Positions 36,501 to 52,383 of a stretch of 64,000 nt of DNA are shown here, in pieces. The stretch's first letter is position 1, and every line of letters starts with the position of its first letter. Source of the DNA: Amoebophrya sp. A120. Its lineage: Eukaryota > Protista > Dinoflagellata. The position numbers and the translations under genes are program-made. The DNA lies in NCBI GenBank assembly GCA_905178155.1, contig CAJINV010000001.1, forward strand, positions 15,686,142 through 15,750,141, written 5' to 3'. The notes under the pieces were generated by a model. That model was not told where the DNA came from. It searched no databases and saw only the letters and a program-made list of their open reading frames with translations.

Positions 36501-38842
36501 AACGAAGTTCTTGTTCGCGTCACACCGCGCGATCCGCACTTCCTGCCGACTGCCACTTTCGTATCGGCCGTACACGTCGTAGTAGTCCGTGCCGCAGACC
36601 ACGCGGTAGCAAGACGCGGCGATCCGGTTGTTCGCGAACAGCGACACTTGCGTACTGGTGATGGTGCCGAGAGTATCACAGGAAAAAAGTGTTACAGTTA
36701 CACATTTGATGCAATTACAGCATCACAAAGTTGGTCCGCATAGCAAAGAAAACTTGTGATGCGCAGACTCTAAGGGAAAACACCTATGAAATGGGGCTGG
36801 GAAGCATTTCCTGCATGACAGAGGTTGTCTGTCTTGCTGGTCTTGCATCTGAGTGTGTAACTGTAACACTTTTTTCTCACGATAGAGAGTGTTGAAGCAC
36901 TTGCTGTCCGAAGTCCCGGCGTTGAACATCAGATTCTGCAGATACGCGTTGGTCAACGCACAGTCCCCGGTATTCGCTGAGTACGCGTACCGACGCGGGC
37001 AGTGGTCCAGCATGCCAAAGCTCCCGCCTTTCTGCGCGTTGTTCGCCCAGTATTGAAACTCGGTCGGCAGCGTTTGCCCCGTGCCGCTGTCCTCCAAGGC
37101 GCAAAAGCCGAGCTGGCGCCCCCGTCTATGCGGAGCGCAGCCCGTGTCGGTGGGCACCGTGCAATAGAAGTTCCGATCCACCGCTACAGCGGAATCTGAC
37201 ACGCACTCGTCGGTCACGAAAGCGCAACCGCGTTTGTAGCCCCAGTGCAGGTTTTCAATCGCGATGGTCGCGCGACTGTAGTCCGCCTGGTACCACCCCG
37301 TGTCTTCCGCGAAGGCCAGGGAAATCGTGGAAACGAACGTCGCGTCGTCCGGATTCCCGGTTGCCGCAAACATCTCGTTGCTGTGTATCCGCTGCTCCCA
37401 GTGGTTCCCGTAGGCAGAGCAGCGACTGGTTGGCGTGTTCTCCAGTGGCATGCCGGTGAGAGAGGGGCAGTTGAAATATTCCCTCGCTTTCTCCACCACC
37501 TTCGGGGTGCGGATCTCGTACTGGCAGTGCGGGTGGTCGGTCAGGCAGTTCTGGAAATTCGCCCCGTTGTACTGTTGCTGCAATGCCTTGGAGCCGTAGG
37601 GGCACGTGCACTGGTTTAGCTTGAAATTCCCGTGCTCAACAATACCGAGAACTTGGCCCGCGGAACCGTCCTCATGCAGGCCGGGGTACCTGCGTGAAGT
37701 ACTTGACAAAAATCTTCATGTTTCAGCTGTGGTTACCACAAAGCGTCGTTAACAAAAAAATTTTCCACCTTCTGAGCGAAAAAGACCGACTTTCATCCAG
37801 TCCTATTTTCGAAGTTTGCACCTTGCTAGCTACTTAGTACGTCTAGTAGAAGAGAACAATGATGTTGAAGCGCCGGATTCCATATAAAGTACCCCATATA
37901 AAGTACCATCGTCTCCCCGTGTTGTAGGGTAGGTTCCACCTTCCGTAGCAGTCGAACGCATAGTAGCTTCGGTCTTGCAGCTTCAGCGTGCCGTCGTCGT
38001 TCACGAAGTTTGGCCAAAGCAACTCGAAAAAAAACAGCACGTGCCCGATCTCGTGCACGACGTTGGCATAATTGAAGTGCAAGTTTCGCTCGACGTTCAA
38101 GTCGCCGTAGCCGCTGTTCGTGCACAGAGTGACCGACCCGGCGATCGGCCGCCCGCACTGGTCGACGTAGCAGGAGGCGGCCGCGGCGAGCGTGTTCCCC
38201 GTACAGAGATACTCGTCGTCAATGTCGATGAAGAGGTACAAATCGATGTTGTCGACGAGGAAGTTCCTCGGCGTCGAACTCGCATCCAACGTGCTGGTCT
38301 CGTACCCGCAGGCGCGGAAAGCGCTATCGCGGTCCAAAGGGGTGCTTTGCGAGTACCGACGGGTCTTCAGCGCGCGCGACCAGAACGCGAGCGAGTTTTT
38401 CATAAGCGTGGTCTCCAGGTGGTTGGTCCAGCTTGCGGGAGCGTTGCCGCGGCCGTAGGAGACGATTTCGTACCTGAAGATGCATCAGGAAAAGACATAA
38501 AAAGCAAAAGGCATGAAGCAAAGCTACGTGCTTCATGAAACAAAAAACAAAAACTGCTTCAATTGTCATTGTTTCAACGTCAACTATATCGTTATCTTAC
38601 CCTATCCTTATCGGCCCCCAGCTCGAGCCAGTATGTAGCTGAGGACAGGTAGGCGCTGTCGTCGACGCGAGAGATCTGCCATGGTAGTGCACAGGCAACG
38701 GCTCCTCCATGACGCGCGGTGCTGTCGCAGTTACGAGTGTAACAGAACGTTCCAGACACAACACGCCGCACCAGAAAAAAATGCAAGCAATCAATAACCG
38801 TTCCAAGCGTTGCGGGAACGTGGCCAAGACGAAAGACTCCAT
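33508..38842 (-). CDS. Leishmanolysin/GP63-like zinc metalloprotease (M8) with Cys-rich repeats, Thr-rich stalk and C-terminal hydrophobic (GPI-like) tail
   Basis: PIRI, LAAAASC..DQCGRPIAG, HEIGHVL (HExxH), AREYFNC, HWEQR, NEMF, ISLAFAEDTGWY, WGYKRGCAF, DHCP. Exons join through two GT-AG introns and three TIR introns (36674-36884, 35998-36258, 35473-35653). Confidence 0.88.
35473..35653. mobile_element. TIR element / non-canonical intron, family B (opposite orientation to 13434 and 42395)
   Basis: TATCCAGTGCAAAAGTATCGCACT...AGTACGATAGTTTTGCAAAATGCATA; eroded TSD TGAGT/TGGAT. Joins PYFD-(I/T)QTCW. Confidence 0.82.
35998..36258. mobile_element. TIR element / non-canonical intron, family A
   Basis: TATCAAATGCAAATATGTCTGAGTCTGGAAG...CTTCCAGACCCAGACATATTTCCACTTGATA; TSD TGGCA/TGGCA. 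Joins PTYC-QHFFP. Confidence 0.92.
36674..36884. mobile_element. TIR element / non-canonical intron
   Basis: TATCACAGGAAAAAAGTGTTACAGTTACAC...GTGTAACTGTAACACTTTTTTCTCACGATA; TSD GAGAG/GAGAG. Joins CFNTL-GTITS. Confidence 0.92.
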
Positions 38843-40497
38843 CTTGCTTGCACGAAGGCGGTTCAATCTTCACCAAGCTCAAGATTTGCAATAATTTTCT
38901 TTGAAAATGAACTTACACTGTATAGAAGGAAGATGAAATAAAGAATGCCGCGCTCTTGTTTCTACCTGTATATAACTGCTGGGTGCTGATGCTCATGCTC
39001 TGTACACGAACTACAAAAACATTCTTTCAGGGAGCTTCTGTGCAACAAATTCTTGGGAAAAGACTATGCGAAACTAAAAAATTGAAAAAGAAATTAAATC
39101 CATATCCATCTTGTCATGAGGAAAGCGAGGATAATGCGTTTTTGTGAGGCACTAAAACACGAAACGACGAAAAGAGTACCACCTGTGCGGCCATAAAAAT
39201 GTGCAATGCCGGGGGAGATCGAAAAGATAATAAGAATTAAACGGGGTCGGGGTAATATTCGTATCAATGGGAATTTTGCATGGGAGATGAGTGGCTGCCA
39301 AGGTACATGGACAGGGACTCGCATGTTGAGGAACCATCAGAAACTAGCAAACAATGCGAAGATCGATCGTGCTGTCGTGCTTCGCAATCGCATTCGCACT
39401 GCTGGTGCGAGATAATTCAGTGACAGAAAAAACTAACCGACTTTTCAGAACAACTTTCAATGCTTATTTACTTCTCCATTTGCAAGGCCGTTCCCAATGT
39501 GGTCTCATCTTCACCGACAGAGACACATTTGATTGAATCAGAACCTGGTAAGAATCAATTAATATGATGCTGATCGGAACACTGTTGAAAGATCAAATCA
39601 TCACATCGTCTCAGTCTCACCTCCAGAAAAGGCAATTGTCCCAATACAGCCAAAACTTTTGCGTACATTATTTCGAAGCTTTACATTTCATCGACAAAAC
39701 GACGATGATGTCGATACAATCTTACAGTGCAAGAGCGAACGGGACAAAAAACCAAAACGAGCTGTGAAGCATGCATTGATTATGTTACACGATAAAAGTA
39801 GTTTCATCGCCATATCAATGCGGGTCCGCGTAGTTGTTCGCACGTGCACTGCATGTTGCCTTCATCTTCTACACGTTGTCTGATGCTTTATTCTACCGAT
39901 GTCAGCGAGGGTCATTTTTGGCGGGTTAAAACTTCGTTCTAAAATAGAGGCGCTACTTGAGTTTTACATAGCGTCGAGAGGGGGGAAAACTTTAGATGAG
40001 CTCTTGTTGGGCTTGGCCTTGGGATACGCTTACTACTATTCCGCGATAACTAAGGTGTAGTTACCAAAAAGTGCGGGAGCAGCGTCTCTGACGAATGACG
40101 ACGTGTCTGTCAGGTTCGGCATACGCATATTTAAATATACTCGGGTCAAAATGTAAATGGCGCTGAAAAGGAAAACTCAAATGTAAGGATCGTCTTCTCG
40201 GAAAATGGGAACTCCGAGATGAACTAGAAACCTGTAAAAAAAACTCAGATTTTTTAAAATGCTGTTCCAGGGTGTGAAGATTAACATCACGTGCTTGTTA
40301 TTTCAAAAGTATTCCATTCGTACTCCAGTTCATTTTTGTCTGCGTGGAGGTCGTTGCAGTGCTAGTGAATTTTCATCGGTACAATCTATCGGTCGAGGAC
40401 GGGAAGAAGTCGTAGTGCGTCGATGCGGCCGACGCAAGTTGTACTAAATCGCCGCCCATACACCTCTCCTGCACGATATTTTTCCGCTTGGCAGCAC

Positions 40498-44257
<3,760 letters not shown>

Positions 44258-45447
44258 TTTTGCCACTGCGCTTTCCGGTCAGTACTGCCAGAAAACCAAA
44301 ACGTGTCCAACAACTCCGAGTGAGTGATGTTTGTTATTGTTGGTACGATAGTTGTAAAATAAGCCGGGTCTGAAAATTAATTGACCGGAAAAAAAAAAAA
44401 AACTTGTGCGGCGAAGGAGGAAGTTTTTTAATGTCGTGCTTGTACTTCTCGTAGTTGTAAGTGTACGGTATGCTTTGCAGCCATTGGAAACGAATGGACT
44501 ACGTTTTAGTCTTCGAAAGAAGACTGCTACTAGTACTTCGTCAAAATATGTCAAAACTATCCTCCGAAGTATCTGTCAAGATCGTGTCACCAATGTTACA
44601 ATGTAGAGATCTTCGCTCTTCCAAGGACAAAGTGGAGATCCGATGCCGATCACAGAAGATAAAGTTGTCAAAAATGTAGTTTTTACACCATAGGCATAGA
44701 ATTTGCGTTTTTTCTTTTCCCCAGCGCATTTGCGTCTTCTTCTTCTAGTAGTTGAAATGAGAACGCGATCGCTTTTTGAAAATGACGTCCTTTTTGCGTT
44801 GGATGATCCTTCACGCCGTTGATCTCTTGTGTAATATGCTCCCGAGGATACAATAGTTTAGAAGAGAAAAAGGTGGCTGAGAACTTACTATGAGCTGCCG
44901 CAAATGAGTGTGATTCTCTTTGACCATTCTTCGACGAGTCGTGATAGTTGCAACTTCTCTGCTTTGAAAGAAAGTTCCACCGCGGAGGACTGGGATTGAA
45001 CCCTGTCGCTGTTATGCAGGACCAGGAACTGGAACCAGCATACGAATAAATGCATGCTTTCCTGTCGGATGCGATTTCCATGGTCGGGAAGATGATACTA
45101 GCCGAGCGATTTGATGACTTACCAAAAACCTTGGCTGCCAACGACGAGATCATGTTACAGTAGGAGGACGAGGAACCACAACGCAGACTTGGAGAAGAGA
45201 AAAAACATTACTGTGACTCGCAACCGAACAGAACTGTGATGTACGTGCTGGCGCACAAGTGAACGCATCCTGATCATGGAGATCGACGTAGATAGTCGCT
45301 GTTTACGTTCGGCCCTGTTTCTACTACAAGATCCCTAACACCACAAACATTGCTAGCGACGAGAGGAGCTGCTGAATGTGCTTGTTCATGTTCTTGCCAT
45401 GTTCTTGAGGCTCTACTTACTCTACTTAGAGTTCAAGTCCTAGTACC

Positions 45448-48400
45448 TCACAACGAAAATTTCGAATCCCTTATTTGTTCAGCACTCAGGGCAAGGTCTC
45501 CCACGTAGTACAAGTCTTCTAGCTCCTCATCCGATAGCCCCATTAGTTCTGTCTCGTGACACAAATGCTGCGACGACGGCCAGGCGCGCTCGCGCCCCCG
45601 GGGACTGAGCATGTTTTCAAATGCAAATGTGTCTGGGTCTGGAGGAAACTTGTAATGCTGCCTTGGGACTAGTGAATGCTTTGTAATGCCCAGCCAAGCA
45701 TGAGAAATGTCTGCGCTTCGTTGTGTTGCGTTTTTCGCATGACAGCCTGCGTTATTGCATGACAGACAAAAGGGCCTCTTCTTGGACACGCATCACAAAC
45801 TTTTTGGTCATCCCAGACAAGCATGACAAGTCTCGCAATCCACCAGACCCAGACATTTTTGCATTTGATACACGTACTCCTCGCACAACCGAAAAAGGTC
45901 GTCCACGTGCTCGAAGTCTTTCGCGTATTCCTCCTGCACAATGACAACGGAAAGCCAGCCAAAGTACACGAGTTTGTACCCAAAAGCATTTCCCAGCAGT
46001 TGCAGCCCCCGTGCGGACGCGGAGTAGGCCTTGTGGTGGCCATGTTCCCTTTCGTACACTTCCGAGTGTTTTTGTTGGGCATTTGTCACCGCGGTTCTCG
46101 TATCCAGGAAAAAACACCCATCCCCATCCATATTTTGCATGACAAACACGGCAACTGATGCATGTTTTGCATGACAAATTGGATGTGGATGGGTGTTTTT
46201 TCCTGGATATCTCGTCGGCCTCTCGTACTTGGGGATCAGGCTGAGACCGATCGGGTATCAAAAGGAAAAATCCCCCCTCCCCCTGTCGAAATGCAAATCT
46301 GTGATGCGGGATTTGTCTACACAAATCGGCTTTGTCTTGCAGTAGAGGACTGCAGGCAGATACAGAGCCTGAGTAGGGGCGTTTTGGTGTAGGCGCCTCG
46401 CAAGGCGGGCACTTCCTCTGTAGGCCATCCAGCATTACAAATTGCCTGCAGAACGCAGCGGGGTTTTTCGATTTGCATTCTTGCAATGCAAAGACGATTT
46501 GTGGTCACAAACCAGCATCACAAATTTAAATTTTCACAACTGTCCCGTGTTGGTACTTATGGGGAGGGGGGATTTTTCCTCACAATATCGGAACTCGGTA
46601 GCGGTCAGGATAGAAGTAGCCGTTACTGGTTTGGATCAGCAGTACCCGGGGTTGAAACCATTTCGCCAGGAGTAACCTTCGAAGCACGTGCCAGTCGTAG
46701 CCGTCGATGTGTAAGGAGAACAGCTCAAACTTTGTCGGGACGGATTTTGACTTCAAAAGGTCCAAAATGTTCTCCGGCGTCACCTTGGCTGCGCTGTAGT
46801 CAATGCGGCTCAGGGATCCTATCATGTCAATCATCCGCCCGTCCCAGTTTTCAAACGCCTGCAAATAGCGCGTCTGGTAGTCGCCGGCCAGGCGGCCGAT
46901 GCCAATATCGACGAAAAATTTCGCGTAGGGTGAGGGAGAAGCTGAAGTGGAGCGGGACAAGGCATTTATTTTCTCGCAATTGAAAATGGAAGGATAGAAG
47001 TGTGGTTGCGGCTGAGCAGGGGAGTGATTTGGTCCAGCGCCTTGGCCTGACTTGATGTTACTCATCCGACCCGTCCTTTTTTCCTCGTCCTTCTCTTGTT
47101 GCAAATAGATAGTCCGGTAGACATTGACCAACACAGAGTCGAGCGCGTCCAGACTGTATCGACAGTCCGGCAGCGGAATGGATATCATTTGCAAAAACGT
47201 CCCCACCCCAGAGTCAAGATGGGGATTTTGCAACACAAACCTGAAAGTTTTGGGAGCCACGCATGACATCAAGTGGCAGGCTGTAGTGTAATGCAGTTTA
47301 GCAAGGGACGCCGCAGAAAAAATCCATCTCCTTATCCTGTTTACAGCATTACAACTTCCAAAACACGATAGGAAATGCTTCTCATGGGGATGCGCATTAC
47401 AAATGCTCTTGTGCTTGCAGATCTGCATGACAACTCTGGGGTGGGGATGTTTTTGCACAGGATAATGGAGTAGGCGTCGTCCGCCCACAGGTCGATTTCC
47501 AATTTGGATGTAGTCGTGCCCTTGTGTCGTGTCCTCTCGGGACTTACTTTCGAAGACCCTTGCAGTGCCGACGCGAGATGCCCGTCAGGAGTAGAGCAAT
47601 TTGCCTCTGTTGCAAGCAATTTCTGTGCGGTTTCCACACTGCGGATGCGGTTCTGTAGGCACGACGCGTAGGACTTGAAAACGAAGCGGTTTAGACTCGT
47701 TTCGCGTGCGATCGCGCGTTTCAGCGCCTCCTTTCCGAGTAAGTGGACGAAGTGAAACTTCTTGCCGAACAAGTGCAGCGCCCTCACACCGAGGGCGAGG
47801 TACACGAGCAACGCGTCCAACTGGCTAAACAGAGATCGCCGTTTCTCGAACACATTCGTGATCGCGGTCAGAACTTTTTCGACCAGGAGCGCAGCTCCTG
47901 AAGCAGGAAGATGAAGACCTCCGTTCGACGGTGTTGATGTGGCAGGGATTGGGACACCAACGGGAAGAAACAGGTCAAGCGAAAGTTGTGCAACCGACAG
48001 AATCCACTGTAGATAGGAATTTCTTGCAACCCACAGAAAGCGCCGGTGTCTGTGGTGCCCGTCGGCAGCCTCAATGGTGTGCGTCGGCGCCTCTCCCCGC
48101 TTCCCCAGGAGGCGCCGCACGGCCGCTGGCGGCTCGACTAGAGGAAATGTGTGCGACCAGGTAGTCACTTCGACGTCCTTGTTCTCCTCGTGTGCCGCAG
48201 ATAATTCAATATTGCCGATGTTGTCGTCCATTCCGCAATGCAGTCGTGTGTTCAGGTCTGTCGTGTATTTCATCGAGTGCGGGTCTCCTGGTGCGGATAG
48301 AATCGACGACTCCGCCTTCCGCAGCGCGCCGCCGTCTCGGTTGTGGTAAGGAAGGACCAAGCTGCCGGGAAAATCGCAGATGTGGCGCACGCCGTTCAGC

Positions 48401-51400
48401 CCGTGCTCCGTCACATTCTGCATACGCTCGATGAGAAAATGCTTCTCCGACGGGCCGCGGGCGAGGAACTCTAACCTGGATGCACGTCACGAAACTGTTG
48501 TGGGCGTCCACAACTTTTGGAAAAACAAAAAGTGAGAATGACCATCACGGATAAAACAACTAAACTACATTATAAGAATCGCTCTAAATCTAAGTGGAAA
48601 ATCAAAATCAGTGCAAAAGATGGACAAAGAGCTACAATTGTGTTTCGAAGCAGCCGAACCTAAACAAGTGTATGAAGTCTCAGTGATGTTGTTCTTGTTG
48701 AAAGAAGCAAATTATACCGTATTTCAATACCGAAGTATTTGGTCCCGAACGTGAACTGTCATGGCATTTAGGCGGGTGTAGTAGAGACTCAGGCCACGAT
48801 TCAGAGCCGTGGGGATTTCCGGCGTCACGGAAAGTTGTCTTTCTTTCGACCTTTGCCAACTTCGATTGCCGAGCGAAAAGCGCCACAAATCCCACAAACT
48901 ACTGGCGAATCCGAATCTCCCTTGGCCGTAAAGCTTCTTCAACTTTTCTTCGACGAGCAAGTGGGCCTCCTCCGTCTCTGTGTGGTCCAAAAATCCAAAC
49001 GTTTTCCAAATCACTGCGATGTCTGCGGGCTCTAAAAAAGTTCGTTTCACTTCGTCAATCAGCAAAAGCCCAAGGAGAAAGCGGAAAAGCGGCTCAACCA
49101 GGAAGAGCTGATGGCTTACTTCTCCATCTGTTCGCTTTCCTTTCACTTTTTCCCAGGTATTCCTCGTGGTCGTGGCGGAGAAACCGGACAAAGTTGAGGA
49201 CTCTTGGTCTTTATCTGCGTTCACAGCTGTCACGTCACGCAAACACAAGCGACGGACCATCAGCTCGTGGTGCACGTCTTCTGGCTCGGTGTTAGGCCTA
49301 GAAGAAACCTCATCGAAAAAATCGAGCGTCTCCGAAATCACGAAGCTCTTGACCAGAAAAATCAGCGAACGCAGGTCGGAAACTCGTACGCTACTGAAGT
49401 TGATATTATTACCGCGTGAAGCTGTTTCGGTAGTTTCCGTAGCCGTACCCGTACTGCTTGGTGCGGTGTTCGCGAATTCGATAGCGGACGACATTATATT
49501 CCCACCAGATGATAACATTTCGTCGTCGTCTACCTTCGACGCTAAAGGACCGGTCCGCCCCTGCTGCAATGCCACTATTTCTTGGTCGGGAACAAAACTA
49601 TCAGCGGCAAACGCCGAATTGCGGCGCTGGTTCTCCTGCGTCCGAACCGTTCTCTTCGGAGAGCGTTTGCGGCCACCCCAGTGACTGTGACGGGCGCACT
49701 GACTCTCTCGACACGGGGTGTCATAGGCGTCTTGTTTTCCGCGGTCGCCCTCGTGGTCCGTCGAACTGGGACGGGGGACCACAAGCGGCCCTGATTTTGA
49801 TTGTGAGGACTGCGTGCTGCTTCTGGTGTTTCCATCCCTATCCCCAAACTCCCAATCCCGAATGGCTGTGAACAATGCTCCTTCTGTGCCAATGTCGTGC
49901 TCATCAATCGCGTTCAGCAGTTCCTCGCTCAGGCGGGCACTGCGTAGCTTCCGACAAAACGAGTCCTGCCCAGAAGAGTTGTTCCGCCGGCCGTGTGTTG
50001 TTGATACTCCTGCACCGGGTGCAGAGGCGACAGCGTCCACAACAGAAGTTGATGTCGGGCTAGCTGCAGCTTCTGTGCCTGCGTTTATTCGTATTTCCCC
50101 TTTGCTCATCTTCAAGAGCTTGCGCAATTCCTGCACTTTGGCAGCTGCGCGTGTCGACGCAAAGAGTTGTACCGTCGAGAAATTGTCCACCTCCTTGTTC
50201 AGATCGTCCCCCGCCCTGATTTCGGCTTCGGCAAGCGTCTTTGCGAATGTCCGCGCGTCTTCCAGCTCTTGCGGATCGAGCAAATGCGCAACGCTTTGGA
50301 TTGCCCGCAAAACCTCCGTCTGGTGCTCCGGCGCGTACCCCAGCACGGACAGAGTTCCGATCACAAAAGCGACAACCAAGATCGCGACGCACACGTACTG
50401 ATGGAACGCCAGTGCGCGGCTGCGTCCTCGTGTGCAGCACACACACCGTTCCACTTTCCGACAGGTATCAAATGCAAAAGTGTCTGGGTCTGGAAGAGTG
50501 CAACTTGTTATGCTCAATCTGACGCAAGCAAGAATCTGTGTTGCATGATTACCAAAAGTCGTCCAGTTAGTTTTGACCAAGTCGGGAGGGAATTTCTCGT
50601 GCAGGATAGTCATGAGAGAGATCGCACAGAATCTGTCATGCTAGGTCCTGCATTCCAGGCCTCATGGGTCATGGAAAAGCTGCATGACAAATCGCGCACT
50701 CTTCCAGACCCAGACATTTTTGCATTTGATAACAGGCCTTTCGGCACCACCGCATCTTCCTGCTGTCAGGACTGTACCAGGGCACCTGCGTATCATAAAG
50801 AAAAACTCCCCCTCCCCATATTGAAAACGCATCCGTCTGAAAATTTGTGATGCACATTTGTGACCTCAAATCTTGTCTGTCTTGCAAGAAGGCAAGTCCA
50901 GAGAGCCCCCTGCATTTTGCAGGCGGTTTGTGATGCTGTTGGGCTTAGGGCATACACGCTTGTCATGCTAGGCGCCTACGTCAAAACCTCTCGACCGAGG
51001 CTTGACATATGCCTGCAGTCCTCTACTGCAAGACAAATCTGATTCGTGTACGGAAATCCAGCATCAGAAACTTCGTTTCGATATGGGGAGGGAGAATTTT
51101 TCCTTTTGATACTGCGGCTCCGCCCGGGCCTCTTCCAACCGCCGTCGCTCGCGGTCCTGCTGCAGAGCCTGCTGCTGGTCTTCGGGAACGGACCCTGGTC
51201 CTGGTTCGGGAGGTACAACCCCGAACGGAACCGGGTTGGGCGGCATTCTGATGTAGGTCTTCTCCGCAGAGGAGGCTGCAGATTGTTGTAATACCGGAGA
51301 AGCAGATCGCTTGCGCGGGAACGGAACTCCAGTCAGCCCGCCTCCAGATGGTGCCTGAGGCCGCAACAGCTCCTGCCTTTGGTCGCGGGCGGAGGGGCTC

Positions 51401-51417
51401 TGGTTTAGACTCAGCAT
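45448..51417 (-). CDS. ~1372-aa membrane-anchored protein with C-terminal FkbM-like SAM methyltransferase domain; six TIR introns and one GT-AG intron
   Basis: 5970-1851 = 4119 nt = 1373 codons, with every junction in frame. TM segment YVCVAILVVAFVIGTLSVLG. FVDIG, KVTPENI, LFSLHIDGYDWHVL..QPRVLLIQ.SN and SASARGLQLLGNAFGYKLVY resemble the SIDIDGxDYW/PRVVVIEYN/GASxxAxxxLxxxxGYxLV pattern of FkbM-like proteins. Confidence 0.72.
45615..45870. mobile_element. TIR element / non-canonical intron, family A ends
   Basis: TTTCAAATGCAAATGTGTCTGGGTCTGG...CCAGACCCAGACATTTTTGCATTTGATA; TSD CATGT/CACGT. Joins EEYV-LSPR. Confidence 0.88.
46101..46209. mobile_element. TIR element / non-canonical intron, family D
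   Basis: TATCCAGGAAAAAACACCCATCCCCATCCA...TGGATGTGGATGGGTGTTTTTTCCTGGATA; TSD TCTCG/TCTCG. Joins ERPTR-TAVTN. Confidence 0.93.
46256..46587. mobile_element. TIR element / non-canonical intron, family C
   Basis: TATCAAAAGGAAAAATCCCCCCTCCCC...GGGGAGGGGGGATTTTTCCTCACAATA; TSD TCGGG/TCGGA. Joins YRVP-IGLSL. Confidence 0.88.
47183..47464. mobile_element. TIR element / non-canonical intron
   Basis: TATCATTTGCAAAAACGTCCCCACCCCAGAG...CTCTGGGGTGGGGATGTTTTTGCACAGGATA; TSD ATGGA/ATGGA. Joins DAYS-IPLPD. Confidence 0.92.
50466..50731. mobile_element. TIR element / non-canonical intron, family A (opposite orientation to 13685 and 35998)
   Basis: TATCAAATGCAAAAGTGTCTGGGTCTGGAAGAGTGC...GCACTCTTCCAGACCCAGACATTTTTGCATTTGATA; TSD ACAGG/ACAGG. 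Joins RKAC-RKVER. Confidence 0.94.
50791..51111. mobile_element. TIR element / non-canonical intron, family C (opposite orientation to 46256)
   Basis: TATCATAAAGAAAAACTCCCCCTCCCCATAT...ATATGGGGAGGGAGAATTTTTCCTTTTGATA; TSD CTGCG/CTGCG. Joins AEPQ-VPWYS. Confidence 0.93.
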
Positions 51418-52383
51418 GAAGCAAGTGTGTTCAACAAAGGAAAGGACGACGCTCTGTATTTTTCTCGTAGCGAAATTCGGTTTGCGTCAATATCCACGCG
51501 TCGTGTGAAGGCGGTTCTGCTCGAGGAATGAAGATGACGTAGAGACAGCCTATTCAGGTTACAGCTCCAGCTTCTTCGAGATGAAGCTCTTTCAAGTCAG
51601 CGCCGTTCGCAATAAAGGCAACGAAGGCAACAAGGAACGCGACGTAGAGCCACAGAGCACAACAACACGAGGCAACATTGTGGAAGGTGAAAAACGCAGG
51701 AATCGTGATCTGAAAGGCCATGCTTGTTTTTAGTATGGAATGAAGTAGAAAGGGTAGCTGATTACACAGGACGAGAGGCTTTTTCACGACCGTTGTGGTT
51801 GTGGATGTTGTTGTAAATGGCAATATTAAACTTATAGGGCCGCCGACCTAGAGATAAAGTCCGTCGCGTGCTGCATAGGCAGCGCGGAAAGCAGGATATC
51901 CGTCGTCCATAAAGTGCTCTTTGCCTTTGTTTCGGTGGAGTCAAATTTATGAATTAACCCCTGCTACTAGTATCTCGAAATCAAATGCATTTTTCATGAT
52001 TGAACCTAAGCTGTCCACGAATAGTGCACAGCACGAAAACGAAGGAAAAAATGGCTATGGCAGTGTTTTCACTATAACTACGAACAGGTGGACCAGAACA
52101 CGAAGACCTTGCACTTTTTTCTTCTTGTCGCTAGTATTGCTATATGTGCTTGTCTTCTTGTGAATATGATGTACTTATTCACGAATGCGTCGCATTCTCT
52201 TGGTATCATCTATCGCTTCTTTTTGTACTTCTTGTTGGGGTTCGCTTTTATGATTTTTTCATCGGTCTTCACGAGGACTTCCTGGGGTTGCTTCAGGCAC
52301 GCAGCAATGCGCAATGGGAGGAACGGCTGCTACCACAATCTCCGCCAACTACATATAGAGATGAGAGTGGCTGGAGGCATGAT

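Noticed and set aside
37880-37907. 14-bp tandem duplication CCATATAAAGTACC
   Set aside because: A small duplication at the donor end of an ordinary GT-AG intron, with no TIR or TSD structure.
44683-45153. 156-aa minus-strand ORF between the helicase and the methyltransferase-domain gene
   Set aside because: No recognisable motifs or coding-like composition; may be UTR or intergenic.
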